A stretch of DNA of 59,402 nucleotides, counting the filler, from Sphacelaria rigidula (lineage: Eukaryota), in the NCBI GenBank assembly GCA_964200075.2. It is 10 parts of 10 records of this genome, joined end to end, with 100 filler letters (N's around TTAATTAATTAA, not from the genome) between each part and the next. Parts side by side here need not be neighbours in the genome. Positions count along the whole stretch, not along the records: positions 29,755 to 35,604 come from CAXNAA020023983.1; positions 35,705 to 41,554 come from CAXNAA020023984.1; positions 41,655 to 47,504 come from CAXNAA020023985.1; 7 more parts are not named here. The stretch is one strand, 5' to 3'. Below are positions 31,728 through 44,554 of this stretch, piece by piece; within the stretch, counting starts at the first letter, position 1; every line of letters starts with the position of its first letter. The translations under genes and the position numbers were made by a program. The notes under the pieces are model-generated. The model was not told the DNA's origin. It worked only from the letters and a program-made list of their open reading frames with translations, and did no database searches.

Positions 31728-33956
31728 GGGTAGACCCTTTTTACGGGTGTCCGACGGGATCCGAGTTACCCCCAAAATACTGGGGAAAACGGCGAAAAGT
31801 GTAAAGTTGAAAAAAACATCGATCTTCGAATTTTGCTTGTTGACAGCACATTCGCGCAAAGTTTCAGGGTCCAACTCCTAAAAAAGACGTGAAGTTTTGC
31901 CGATGAGTGTTGTTAGTTGGATAAGTGTGAACCAGCCGTATCAGTACAGCAGTAGAGTCGTGTTGCGAACAACAGAGGACTTCATAGAAACTCGAACCGT
32001 CTACCGTCTGTACACGGTACGCTCACATGTTCGAAGATGCATATCGCAGAAGCCGACTTGTCGAAGGTAAACCTCAATGGAAAACGCTGCACCATATGCC
32101 CCCCCCCCCCATCTCGAAATACACATGGCGAAGAAATTGTACCTCATACCGCCAGAGTGTACTGTAAGATGATGTAGGTGCGTGAAGATCGAGGCAAACC
32201 TCACCTCGCTGTAATACCTCCTGCTCAACCGGGCGTGCATGGCACTGTCCTCCCTGACTTGGTACTGACCACGGTTCAAAATTCTTGCCGTCATCGTTTT
32301 TGGCGGATGCCTTGATCCTATTTTTTCTCTTCCTCGTGACTCTGCGGTCATGGGGCATACTGTATATAGCCGCATGAGCAGCGAACAGACTCAACAAACA
32401 AATCGGCAGCCGCTATGAGTACGAGTATACGGGGCAGGGGATTGCCGCCTGTCGATGCAGCTCGTGGCGTCGCTCAACCGCCAATGAACGGTCGAAACTA
32501 TCGGAGATTTAACACGCACCGACACCGCTACTAGAGATAGCAGCTACATGAGGAACAAAGTGTTGGGGTTGCCCCAGTCCCGTGTGGTACTTGCAAAGGA
32601 ATGGTGCAGCTCTATAGCTTCAAGCTTCGAAGCAGGCCAACAGCTTCGCGTTGATGGCGCGATTCACCGCACCAGTATTGTATGCTCCACTCTTTGGGGG
32701 CGGGCTGTGAAATACTGTACTGTGCACGGCACAAATAGTTTTGTGGCGGACCGGTCAAGGCTGTAGATACTTGCAAGTCTTTCGGTTAAACGTGTAGTCG
32801 GTGCGTTCCTTGGCTTCAAGCGAGTTACTTCTCCGCTGGTCGTACATACATGATTCATGTGTTCCACTTCTAGGCTATTCATTGTCATGGACCTAAATGC
32901 GTCATATTCCTTTGGATCAAGAAGCAATGTCATACACTACGAACCCTTTGTTTTTGGATTTGCTGTTTGCTTGTCTGTTTGTTCAAGATTTGTGTGGCAG
33001 TTTGAATGCATACGAGTATATCTTGCATGTCGGATCTCGTCTACTTTCGCCCGAAAATTATGCCTTCAGACCCGTCTGCCCCTCCTCTCTTTTGCGGTCA
33101 ACCACTTGGCAACTGGCCATTTGAGAACAGGAAAGTCCCCCCTATGTCGCTAGCTCGACAGGCATTCTCATTACCACTGCAATTAAAAAATGTTCGTATG
33201 GTTCACTTCCCGAAATAAGTGACGACACCAAGCACTGTCCAACGTGCGACTCGTTGTATAACAATGCGACAATCACGGGAAGCTACGCGTTAATACGGCC
33301 ATCATCGGATGTGGCTTCTGTTGTGGGGAAGCTTGCATAGGCCAGCAACTACTTGAGTCATGGCTCCACCAACGAAGACAAGGAGGCGGCGCCGGAAGAA
33401 GAGTTCCCCCCTACTTCCCAAGGTGATTTCATCTCATAAGTGTCATTTTGATCATATTCAGCCCAGTGCTTGCTTGCGCAAAATCTACACATCCTACACC
33501 TCTCGACTTTTGCCGTGTGCGGTGGAAATCTGCGAACTTGAATACTACTACTGTAAGAGCAATACAGCGCAGATGGTGGTGGAGGGCTGGTCAAGAGGTA
33601 GCAGTACCCCACCAGCGCAGAGGGCGCACGTGTCGAGAAACCTGTGAAATTTGGGTATCCCTCTGCCTTCTTCATCACCGTAAGTGATGGATGCAGACTG
33701 TTGCGATATGGGGTGCTTTATGCAGACTTTGTCGGGCGCTGTTGGTACTGGACATGGACAGTACAGTATAGTTAGTGTCTGTATACTCACGCTGTACTGC
33801 GTATCATGGGAGCTTTAGGGCTGTGTTCGGGTTGACTTTTGACTTGCGGACCTCGAGAACTGCGGTTGTCGCGCAGCTGGAAGGTGCGCCTAAGTAGGTA
33901 TTTCGTCGGCATCTCTCGTTCATTGGACTCTCGAAAGCGTGAGGACCTCTTCCGCC

Positions 33957-34040
33957 GCGCGCCCCTGTGGTGTAATGGTCCGACTGCCTCCACTAGGGTG
34001 CAGGGAACGAGGGTTCGAATCCCCATGTGTTGCGTTTTTC
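33957..34040 (+). ncRNA. tRNA-like sequence (pseudo-tRNA or SINE head)
   Basis: A box TGGTGTAATGG, B box GGTTCGAATCC and a downstream TTTTT. Acceptor and anticodon stems pair poorly. Confidence 0.55.
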
Positions 34041-37000
34041 CTTCGTGGTATGTGATTTCCACCGTCGGAAAGCGTGAGAACGTGAGTTAGCAAACTAGTC
34101 GACTTAATTTGTTCGACGTGCGTTGACGCGGTGCGGGAGTGCTGATCCAATCTGCGAATCCAAAATGCTTGAGGTGTACCGGAGAGACGGGTTGATCCCT
34201 TGAGACCACAGACTCGTCCCGAAGAAGGGGAGGGGTTCAAAGTGCGATAAAAAAGGGGGAGGGGGGGGGGGGATACTGTTGAAGAAATTCGTGAGTAGAA
34301 GAGACATCGCTCGTGAGTGTCACTCTCCATCACCACCTGTTCTTGGCTTGCCCTGCATAGCCCCTACCCGCATAATGAGCACATTCGTCATAGCGAGATG
34401 GAAAAACAGCTGAAGCACGCGATCGCGTGCCGTGTCATTTTGACCTCCAGATAGGGCGAAGGCTATGTGCTGCACAGTACCGTTACAGTACGGTGTGTGT
34501 CTTCGATTCGAATATGTCCGCATTCGGAAGCCGGCGCGGATACCTACAACCATACGAGTACACAAACTGCATAATTACCGCCCACCACGATAACATAGTA
34601 TTCCAGCGTTTTCATACGAGATGCCGTGCTCAAATGTGTCAGCTCCAGTAAGAGCTTCAAAGTAGCTCCGGTGATTCAATGGGCTAGCCACTGTTCTTAC
34701 AGTATGTCGAAAAGTTGAGCGTTTTGGCGCCCGCAGTCTGCTGCGACACCTGACAGGGCCATGGAGGATGGCGATACTGAAGACGAGGAAAACAAAGCAA
34801 GACATCCGGGCGCTGAAACAGATTTCGCGTTCTCCACATTTCGACCAACAGTATCACGGCAGGCTAACATGGTTGAGAAGGCCTGTTGGGGGATTTTCGT
34901 TGACCGTGTCTACCTCGGGCTGAGGGCGTGTCTCTAAGAATAATGATGAGCCAACAAAAAAGGGCGGCAAAACAGATTCAAGACAGATTATTTCATTTTG
35001 CGCGGTTTGGATCCTAGCGGATTTGCAAGCGTACAACGAAAAATACGGTTGATGTTAGCGACAGACGGCGAATTTCACCCCCCACCTCAGAAGTCCTTCA
35101 CACGGTGATGGCGACATACTCTGCATCCGTCGGAACTGCCAATAGTTGTAAAGCGTAGTTCTCACTCAGCAGCATTGATCTCATGTTTGGTTTTTGTGTC
35201 AATCGGCTACGAACTGAAGCAGCATTGTCTGTTCTTGGATGAATGCGTTTTCTGCCAAGAAACGCGACAAACGTTCACGCAGATAGCCGCTGCTCGCCCA
35301 ACATTCTATCAAGGCCACTGAGAAAATGCGTCGTACTGCGGCGGTCTGTAGCCACCCCCGAAGGTGTCATGTATCGATGCCGAGGATCTGGAGGTGGCGG
35401 GGTATGCGTTGACATGTCGAGCGCACGCTGCCAACGGTTGCACATCACAACCGTTGGATTTCATCTGATGGCAGCTTTTCACGCCGCATTTTCGAGTGAA
35501 TAAACTGAGATTGGTATTCCAGACTTTTTCGATACGAGCTAGGCCAGCGTAGAAGCTGCTAAAACTTGCTCACACCACACCTTCCCCAGTTTCCCGAATG
35601 AACCNNNNNNNNNNNNNNNNNNNNNNNNNNNNNNNNNNNNNNNNNNNNTTAATTAATTAANNNNNNNNNNNNNNNNNNNNNNNNNNNNNNNNNNNNNNNN
35701 NNNNGAGCTGCATCCTGCTAAGACTGTTCGGCCAGAATCCTACTGATCATCTTGAATTTGGATGACGGCTTACAATGAGTTGCTTCATTATCTGGTATCG
35801 CCACTTCCAGAGACAGCCACGGCTTATACACTGCCTCATGGGTGTCTCACCATGTAAACACCACGTGGTACGATCATCCCCATTGTGCGGAGTTGAGGTT
35901 CTTCCACGCCGCACAACACGATCTAGCTCGACTACCATCATGTTTACCACAAAAGAAACGCAAGCGCGCAAGAAAATAAACGGTAACCTGGTTGCCTAGC
36001 TTCCGTAGTGAGTGTTTTATAGCGTCATCGCCAACCGACGCCAACCCCATCGGGGGTCCGCCCCTACAAAGCGACGGAGCACGCCGGGTTATCGCCGGAC
36101 CAGGCTAACGTTCGACGAGGGGGGGGTCATGGGTACAGGAAGTTTCTCGCATGGATTCGCGATCGTTGGAGAGACAGAAACTTCGAAATTTCGAAACTTC
36201 ACCATCGACAGTACTGACAGTGCGATATATGCTTCGTAAATGTACTTCGAGAGACAGCAGCAGTCTGTGAAGTTGTACCGTATAAGGTATCGTAGAACCA
36301 GCTCTTTCCCGTTGTATCCCCGCCATTTTTGACGAAAAACCTGGGTGAAGGAATACGGTATGCGCAACTATACACGCGGAGTATGGCGTATGCATCACCA
36401 CGGTGGAGCATCCTCGCATCGTGCATAGTGGGGGGTGCTATATACCGTCATCTACGAAGGTGTTACGGACACACAGTATCCACGAACCGTTACGGCAGCT
36501 GACAACCGACTGTGTAGATTGAAATCCTGGGGAATCGGCATCCATGAGCAATAGCTGTTGTAACGTCGAACTGTCTGTAGCCTATATATCCACTAAGTAG
36601 TACCGTCGGCGCACGTTGTAGATATTCACATAAACCCAGAACTACCCTAGGTGACCGGGGTACAACCCCTCTCCCCTTGGCCGTCCGGCCATCGCCACCA
36701 ACCGGGTCAATGAAGTCTCTCAACCCGCGATTCCCCGTCGAAAATACAAAGACTACATCATCAAACGACAAATGAAGGGGGGAAATGCGCATGTGCTTTC
36801 GATAAACGCGGCGCTTCGGGTGTGTTGTCCTGTACCGCAACACATCAAGGCGTAAGCGCCTACGAAGCGGTGATATACTCCGCAATCGACGGCACAACAA
36901 AAATTGCTGCGCATGATAATTTTATGTTCAACTGCAACATAGACTACATGCCTAGAGAGTACCTCTAATGCAGCTACAGGCATGGCTCCACCCTGATCAC

Positions 37001-37348
37001 TGGTAGTCGTAATGCTTGCGCCTGGTTCTTTTCGCTTCTTACTTCCAGCAGTTGCCAGCATCTTCTTCTTCGCGACATGAAACTTTGCGTCTCATCTCTT
37101 CGCGCTAATTTATGGGGAAGGCGTGGTCATTTCCTTCGCAGACCCGAAGTCGACGTTGTGAGGCGGTGTCCGGCACATTGCGTGAGGCCCGAACTCATCG
37201 CAATGCCGAGTGCTTCCGTTGTCTCAGCAGTCTACTCAGGTTTTTATAATACCTTGAAGCATATGATATCATGATGTCAAGAGTAAGTTGTTTTTCTCTC
37301 GAAAATATCTAGGCTGAGCAGAATCGTCTGTTATTCACCGGGTATTAA

Positions 37349-37488
37349 CCCTTTGGGAACTAGACCCCCAGGGAGTGCTGATTTTTGTTTTGATGAATCG
37401 GCATCATCTTCAGNNNNNNNNNAAGTCAAAATGATGTCGATTCACAAAGATTCACAAAACAAGAATCAGCACTTGCGTTCCCAAATGG
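37349..37488. mobile_element. ~140-bp piggyBac-like MITE with TTAA TSD (contains a 9-N gap)
   Basis: TTAA-CCCTTTGGGAAC ... GTTCCCAAATGG-TTAA. Internal TGAATCGGCATCAT is shared with the 283-390 element. Confidence 0.72.
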
Positions 37489-37639
37489 TTAATATACGTC
37501 TCTGGTATATGACAAATAGTGATCTAGGGCTCTCGAGCATACGCTCCAACAGCTACAAGTATGTCATCTGCTACAGGCGACGCTTTTCATTCGCTCGTCT
37601 ATTGTCCGACGGCGGCGAGATATTTCGCTTCCTCATTAC

Positions 37640-38190
37640 ATGTCGGATAAACGACAACCGGGGTCAGAGCCAGCTCAATCACGCCAACGACAGCGTGCAT
37701 TACAGACAGTGGCACACACATCGCGGCAGACGAAACGGTTACGCAGAACCCAGTCAGACACAGAAACGGACATAGCCGACGCAGCTGCCAAGTCGCCAGG
37801 GTCGCTGCCACTATCCTTCGACTCCTGCTCTGTGAGCGTACCATCTATCACTACGTCTGACAATAGCTACATACAAGGTATCTCTAGCACAGGCTCACGA
37901 GGACAACAAGGTAACCGACCTCAGCAGCGGCTGACGTGCCTAGCTTTCTTCGTCTTCGCTCTGATATTTCGACCAACCTCTGCGTTCGCGCCCTCACCGC
38001 GAACTAGATCATACGCGATACCTCCTGCTACTGCTCCAACCGCTGCTACGGGTACGACCCTTGATAATCTCGCCCTTCTCGGGGGAAGACGTCACCATCG
38101 TGGTGCCTTCTCGTGCGCGGCGGGAAGGTTCGATTCGAGTGGCATCTGCCCACCTGCAAGTACAAGGTTTCGCAGTCGCACACTTCGGTG
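37640..38190 (+). CDS. Candidate first exon of a plastid-targeted protein (bipartite signal, ASAFAP-type motif)
   Basis: Hydrophobic LTCLAFFVFALIF, then RPTSA|FAP, then an Arg/Ser/Thr/Ala-rich transit-like stretch. The frame ends at a GTGAGT donor (38191). The start codon is uncertain. Confidence 0.5.
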
Positions 38191-40339
38191 GTGAGTGTTG
38201 TGCAGTCACCATGTACCGTAGAGTTCATCTACTGCCGTGTTGTCATGAAGGAGATATCCCGAACTATTGTCCCGCACTGTGTTGCCATTTGCCATCCCAT
38301 CTAATATCGACGTCAATCCACACCTTTCTCTATATACAAAATACAAAATATGTGCGTATCTACTGGGGTCACACAGTAGGGAGATCAACACACAGGGGTG
38401 TTTTTCACTTCGTATTTTGTCAACACTACACATTCCTTCTGCGGTGCTCGCGTCCTTCTTTTTTAATCGCAAGGAGGGTTCAGTCAAGGGTCTGTCGGTA
38501 AAAGATTTTCGGACACGAAGCCCCCCCCCCCCTCCCCAAGGGCACTATTTTCGAAAATGGTCATGATTGTTTTTTGTTTATTTTGTCTTTCCGTTGTCCT
38601 AAAAATAAAATTCAACAAACCATCCAACCATTCTCAACCAACCCACCAATTAATTATCCAACCGTTGTTTAAGAAACTGATCAAGAAACACTGACGAACA
38701 CCGGAAAGTTTGGCGAGCTTCGCGAGGTTCGGATACTTTCTTCTGCTCCTTGCCCGCTGTCTCGATGACCTTGGATGTCGGCCACGCCCATGCACATGTG
38801 TACACATGTGTGCACACGAGCGCACGCTAGCGACAGCCTGCAGCCAAAGTAGCAATATTATCTCACGCTTCGCCAAACTTGCTCGGAGTGCTGTTGAGTA
38901 CTCGAGGCACACGACACGGAACATGATCTCATAAATGTAATCAAAGTGAGTGATGAGCTTGGGGAGGGCGGCGTGTCCGCCATCTCATCGGTCTCCATGC
39001 CAAGGATTTCTGTGCACGGCAGCTGACCGCATCCGCCAACGCCTTGGCAATAAACTAGGGCACAGCAGGTTGGATGCCCTCCCCCCCTCCCCGAAAAAAA
39101 AACTCTTTCTTTGTAATCTTGGGGGCCTATGTTTCCCGAATTTTATTCGAGAGACCCTTGGTTTAGCGGCGCCTTTCCTTCGTCGACCGTGAGGTCGAAT
39201 TTTGTGTACCCACGCCCTAGTCGCTCTCCACTCCCTGTTGGGTGTAATGTGAGGGAAATCCCAGATCGTGTAGAACTCTTCATCTGATTTGGTGTCGGTA
39301 AGGAAAGGATGGTGCGACGCCCTCGAGTTCACGTACTGCAAGTAACTGGTACTGCACACAACAATCATACCAATTCGACAGCACCACATCCCGTCCGCTC
39401 TGTGACCTTGAGCAATGTCGGGCCAGGCTGGTGCCACGGTGGAGGACCACGTGGGAAGGGAATCCCTGGTACTGCTCCTTGTTTCTAAATCGGGTACGTC
39501 TATCGTGTGAACTCAGGCGGATTCGTGGGAGATCAGCTAAAGTGCGACATCAATCAATCGATCAAAACTCTCGCTACCGCTGCATACTGCTGTAATCCCC
39601 CGGATAACTCTGGGCTGTCAGCCGAGAAAGCTGTTCTGAGCCGAGGAAACTGTTGTGCCCGTGGGGGATCAATTGAAGCGCGACAATCGATCAATGGAAA
39701 CTCTCGCCCACCTCTATTTCCGTTGTAATAATCCCCCTGAATACCTCTGGGCTGTCAGCCGAGAAAAAATTTCTTAGATAAAGCTAGAGGTCAAAAGGTT
39801 AAGGAAGATGCGAAGATTCGGAGGAAACCAAGAAAAATACGCGGAAAAAAGTATCGTACATCCCACCATCGCAGTTGGAAATACGAGCCGTCGACCCAAC
39901 CCTTGATCTCTATCTTTGATGCTTGTTCCTTCCACCCCCCCCGCCGGGCTGGTCAACACGGCCTTCTCCCTTCCAGCTCTCAGTCGCTTTCAAAAGTAAT
40001 TTGACATGTTATTAGGCCATGTCTCATAATCTTCTTTTCGACTCGAAATAATTCGTGCGGTGGAATCGATTCAATTGGTTTTGCTGTTTCGGGGTCCAAG
40101 CGAATTTGCGAGTTCGAGTGCCGAAAACGCAGCGGGAGTCGCGAAGCGGGTACTTGACCACCCTTTTCTATTTGCAGCCATGATCCAATTCGCTAGGCAG
40201 CAGCCATGCAGGTAGTGCTGGAGATCATCACTATCGGCCACAACAAGCCAATTCGAAGCACCTGCGCCAGGAGGAGCTATGGCAGTCATACGTCCGTACC
40301 GTGTACTGGTGCAACCGGCGGAGATGCCACCCAGTGCGA

Positions 40340-40974
40340 TGGCCATAACAATGCGGCGGTACCAGCACTTGTTTGTTGACGATTTCAGCGATGGCGTGCC
40401 GGCTGATGAGTGCTCTGCAATCCCTTCATCCCAGCGCCAGCCCTTGTCTCGATGCGAGGTGATCAGGAGGCGCCGGCTGGCCTGGTGAAGATCATGCGGC
40501 CCGTGGTAAAGGCTGCGAAGTTTCGCATGCGGTATCGCATGGCATACAAGAGAGTTTAAGAAACTGTACGGTATGCTGCGGAAGCGGCTGGAGGGTGACG
40601 GCTTGCGTGGGAGGCGTGAGAACGGGACGATTGCCCATGACGTGCTGCGATGGCTAGCGGGAGGTAGCATCTACGAGGTGTTGGATGGCCCCCACGTGGC
40701 GAGGAGCACGGCATACTCCTGAACAAAGCACACGCTCGCGGCGATATTGGACTGGCAAAGACTCCGTGTAAGTTTCCCCAGGCAGGATTGAACAGGAGCG
40801 GGAGCGTGCGGCAGCAGGTGTCAGGGCACGCCGCACAGTGGAAGTGATGGGAGTTCTGTGTAGCGGCGACAGGCGGGTTAATCGTGCGGCGGCGGAAGCC
40901 ATCAGCGCGGGATCACGCTGCTCCGGATCGGTCCTACTTGGGCCACAAGAAGGATAGTGGGCATGGTTTTGCAG
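40340..40974 (+). pseudogene. Decayed PIF/Harbinger (HARBI1/DDE_Tnp_4-like) transposase, 5' part
   Basis: Across frameshifts it reads FRMRYRM..FKKLYGML...NGTI...LRWLAGGSIYEV...HVARSTAY...CVAATGGLIVRRRKPS...YLGHKK...GMVLQ|gtgaga. This matches the Harbinger motifs LRWLAGGS, CVGAIDG and F/Y-x-GHKK...NxQ. Confidence 0.8.
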
Positions 40975-42143
40975 GTGAGAAGCGTTTTATGTGTCTAGAA
41001 GCATGAGTGTTCAGCCACCGCAGTACTTTCTGACGGTGTCATCAACCAGCAGTTTAGTTGTAAGCTAAGCATTTTGGATTAACCTTTGGACAGCGCCCCC
41101 CCCCCCCGGGCAGGTGGATTGAGATGGACTATTATGCCACGTTTGGGGTTCAGAACAGCTCGTGTCTCGCTACAAAAGACACATTTTTTCATGAACATGT
41201 GGATGTTGGGCATCTATGTAGAAACTAGTCCAAGAGAACCCCTGGCCAGTTTTAACCCTGGAGTCTATTACGTGCAGAGCAAGTATGTGTGCTGCGTGTC
41301 TTCGCTGGATACAACGACAAGAAGCAGTCAGCATGCCATCGCTTTGCACTGAACATGGTCTACTGCATGCTGCTGATGTTTCTGCTCAGGCCCTGTCTTA
41401 GCACATGGGTTTTTCGATCGAAAAAGTGCGGTGGAAAACAAAAATCCTGATCTGATACGTCGTAATTTCAACCATCGTTGTTTATTTTCACGGTTAGGAC
41501 AAGTCATCACGACTCAGAATCACCAAATTCACGATTTCTTCGGCCTGATTGCCCNNNNNNNNNNNNNNNNNNNNNNNNNNNNNNNNNNNNNNNNNNNNTT
41601 AATTAATTAANNNNNNNNNNNNNNNNNNNNNNNNNNNNNNNNNNNNNNNNNNNNCTTTGAAGAAACAGATTGTTCGGGGGCCACTTCTTGGGCAAGAGGG
41701 GCGGGGTGGGCAATTCTCCCCCTTCCCTTTTTTGGGGGGGGGGGGGGGGGGGGGGGGGGGGTCCACCTACACTGGGAGCCAGCCATGTATTGAAATCAAG
41801 ACATTCACATACAATTTGTATTTTTCAGGGTAGGCTGTGGGACATGAATATTGCCGACCTCATCACTTGCACAGACAGAGGTCGTGTCTTTTGTGGGTAG
41901 TCGGTCCCCTTGAATAGTCTGGTACCCGCAGCAGCGTTGAGTTGACCCTTCCGACTGCGAAGCTTTCGATTTGTGTTACATGGTTGGTTCGTATAAAAAT
42001 TGGAACACGCATCATGCATTATTCCCCGATCCGGTCACGCCCAATAGAGGTTTGTCCAAGTCGAGGTTCCTGGTATATCCAAGTGTAACTCACAGCAGTT
42101 CATTTTACCGGGAACCTCGAGTCTGGAATACCTCCAATGATAC

Positions 42144-42315
42144 AACACCCGGACAATATCTGGTCAATAAATGCAGCAGACAAAAAATGTACGGGGTGAA
42201 GTATAGGTCAAGTGCAGCTATTGCCAGTCGACAATAGTTGCAATACACCTATACTTGACCCAGTACATTTCTTCTTGTCTACTGCATTTGTAGACTATAT
42301 AGTGTCCAGGGTGTT
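42144..42315. repeat. ~170-bp imperfect palindrome (arms ~85 bp, loop of a few nt)
   Basis: AACACCCGGACAAT...AAATGCAGCAGACAA...AAGTATAGGT...GCAGCTATTG pairs with CAATAGTTGC...ACCTATACTT...TTGTCTACTGCATTT...GTCCAGGGTGTT. Confidence 0.85.
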
Positions 42316-42734
42316 AATGGTACAAACCTCTGCGGTGCAAACTACACTTTTCAATCCCGGTTTCCAGAACCCCAGGGAAAAAAGCTTCGGTTGTATCCTC
42401 CACGTGTATGCCCACTGCGGCAGGAGAGTCTACGCAAGGTCATCTTCCAAAAAATCCCCCCTAGGATATGCTCGGTTTCGAGCGTAGAAAGCACTGGAAT
42501 CGGCATCTTGAATCTTGAGGGGGTTGACAACCCACGTGCTCCTCAGTGTTCGCAGCGCGAGTTACGTTGTCATCGGTTGGGGACTGGATTCTGCTTACGC
42601 TCAGGGTTCAACCACATGAAGAATATGTCACACCATAGAATTCTTGGCAGCCTCAGTTAGATCCGCCTCAACTTCGGAAGTGTCGTGACTTGGTGGTTCT
42701 TGTAGCAGTGGTTTCATCAGTAGGTATCCATTAA

Positions 42735-42818
42735 CCTTTAGACTGCAACAAAAGGTTAATTTTGTTCGAGTGAGATTGATGCCGATTCAACAGATGACCT
42801 ACCCTCGCTGTGTAAGGG
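42735..42818. mobile_element. Short piggyBac-like MITE with TTAA on both sides
   Basis: TTAA-CCTTTAGAC ... GATGCCGATTCAACAGATGACCTACCCTCGC...AAGGG-TTAA; homologous to 49810-49911. Confidence 0.65.
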
Positions 42819-44491
42819 TTAATTAATACCGCCCAGTCAAGAGGTTATAATAGACAACCCGTAGTGGCAACAGGCAAAAAGTGTACTGCAAAATGTTTCT
42901 CGGCTTTTTTGTTGGATATTGCTACAATTGGCTGATACTTCACGCAGTACACTTTTCCACCAACTGTACCTTCATCGATTGATTGATGAACTGACTGATT
43001 ATCTCACATGAGGTGGTCGCAACAATCCAGCTCGTGGTCAGGAACAACAAAAAAATAGCGAAATTAGAAAGAAGGAAAGGAACAGAAAAAAGACAGAAGC
43101 AACAGCTACAGAAAGGAAATACCAATTGACCATTGATCTTTTGTCCAGGGTATGGTTACCGTAGCGGCACAGCTGTATACCCTCAATTGTCCAACACGGG
43201 CACGACGCATGTACCTGGTCGGGTCTAACTCTACTTCAACTCCTCTGTGAAAGTAAGGCGAGAGGTTTACGACTACTAGCTAGCTGGTACAGACAGTACA
43301 GCTCTTGCGGAGGCACCCACACCCTGCTGTACTACCAACTGTGCAGTTGCCTGCGTACATGGGAATATACTATGGGGTTCCTACGACGTGCGGCGCTTCG
43401 CCTGCGGCGTGTGCTCGGAGCACTGACGAGAAATACGTGATAGAAGCACGTCCAGACCTGCTGCAATACTTAGCCTCGTCATTTTCTGCGTTACCATCCG
43501 GTGCCGCAATAAAGAGACTTCGCACACACCGACAGGCAGCAGTCAGTAGGCAAGGCATGGTGACATCACCGTGGGGTGCAGGCAGCCTCAGACCACAGAA
43601 GCGATACACGAAAGAGGGAAACATACTGTAGTCCTGCACTGGACGGCAAACGGAAGATGACGTGTGCAACACTATCGTGTTGTTCATTGGAAGTGGAGTA
43701 AGGCAGACATGTCTCATTGTTTTACGCCCCGACCTCCACCTGCTTCAGTGGTTTGAACACCAACTGACTCTGGTTGAGTTCTATTCACCGTACTACTATT
43801 TTGAGTACTCCTGGACTCGTTCGACCACAACAGTCTATATGCCGTAGTAGACCAGTATCTTCCGGGCAACCTTTACTGGTCAGTATTTTTCTCCTCATAT
43901 ATTGAGTAATGAGATGTGCTGTGATGTTGATGTTAGTTCGCCCAGAACAAGGTGAACAATGTCATGTTCAACATCGACTGTATCATGAAGGGGTGAAAAC
44001 AGGGAGCGGGGGAGCAGTCCGCACAACGGACAGCGGCACGCACTACAGCACAGTACCGTATCGTACATTGAACAGCTTGTGAAAGAAAGTGGGAACTTGT
44101 GTTTTCGCTTGTGTTTGCCGCTTGGCGCTATGGCTCCTCCCGTGTGCGAGTGGGATCGATTTTGCGACAAGCTCCAAACAGCCAGACAAGAAACAGACGG
44201 TAAGCACGGACAAACGAGTATATGCTTTGCATTGCTTGCTCTCTGATCGCAGCGGGGGCAAGCTCACGAAGCAGCCGCTCGGCAATCAAATTCATTCCAA
44301 AAAAGCACGATGCAGCAAAGGAGAGCACAGTTGCCAGTATCACTGCACAATGCAAAGCGAAAACAGGTACAGGACGAAGATAGGGGCTAGGTATGATAGC
44401 TCTATCCCGTCCTGGAATACTTATCCTCTCTCCGTACCGTCTTCTACTGTAAAATGTAAGAAGACCGCAATATCGTAGCACTTCTGATCAC

Positions 44492-44554
44492 CTGGTGATG
44501 GCGGTGGTTGCACACGTTGCACATGGGCGGCTCGTCCTCCTGCATTTCCGCCAT
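44492..44554 (-). CDS. Candidate first coding exon, MAEMQEDEPPMCNVCNHRHHQ (CxxCxHxH start)
   Basis: Pyrimidine tract and CAG acceptor just before the ATG, GC3-rich codons, and a CAG|GTGATC donor. Not in the ORF track because it is short. Confidence 0.45.
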
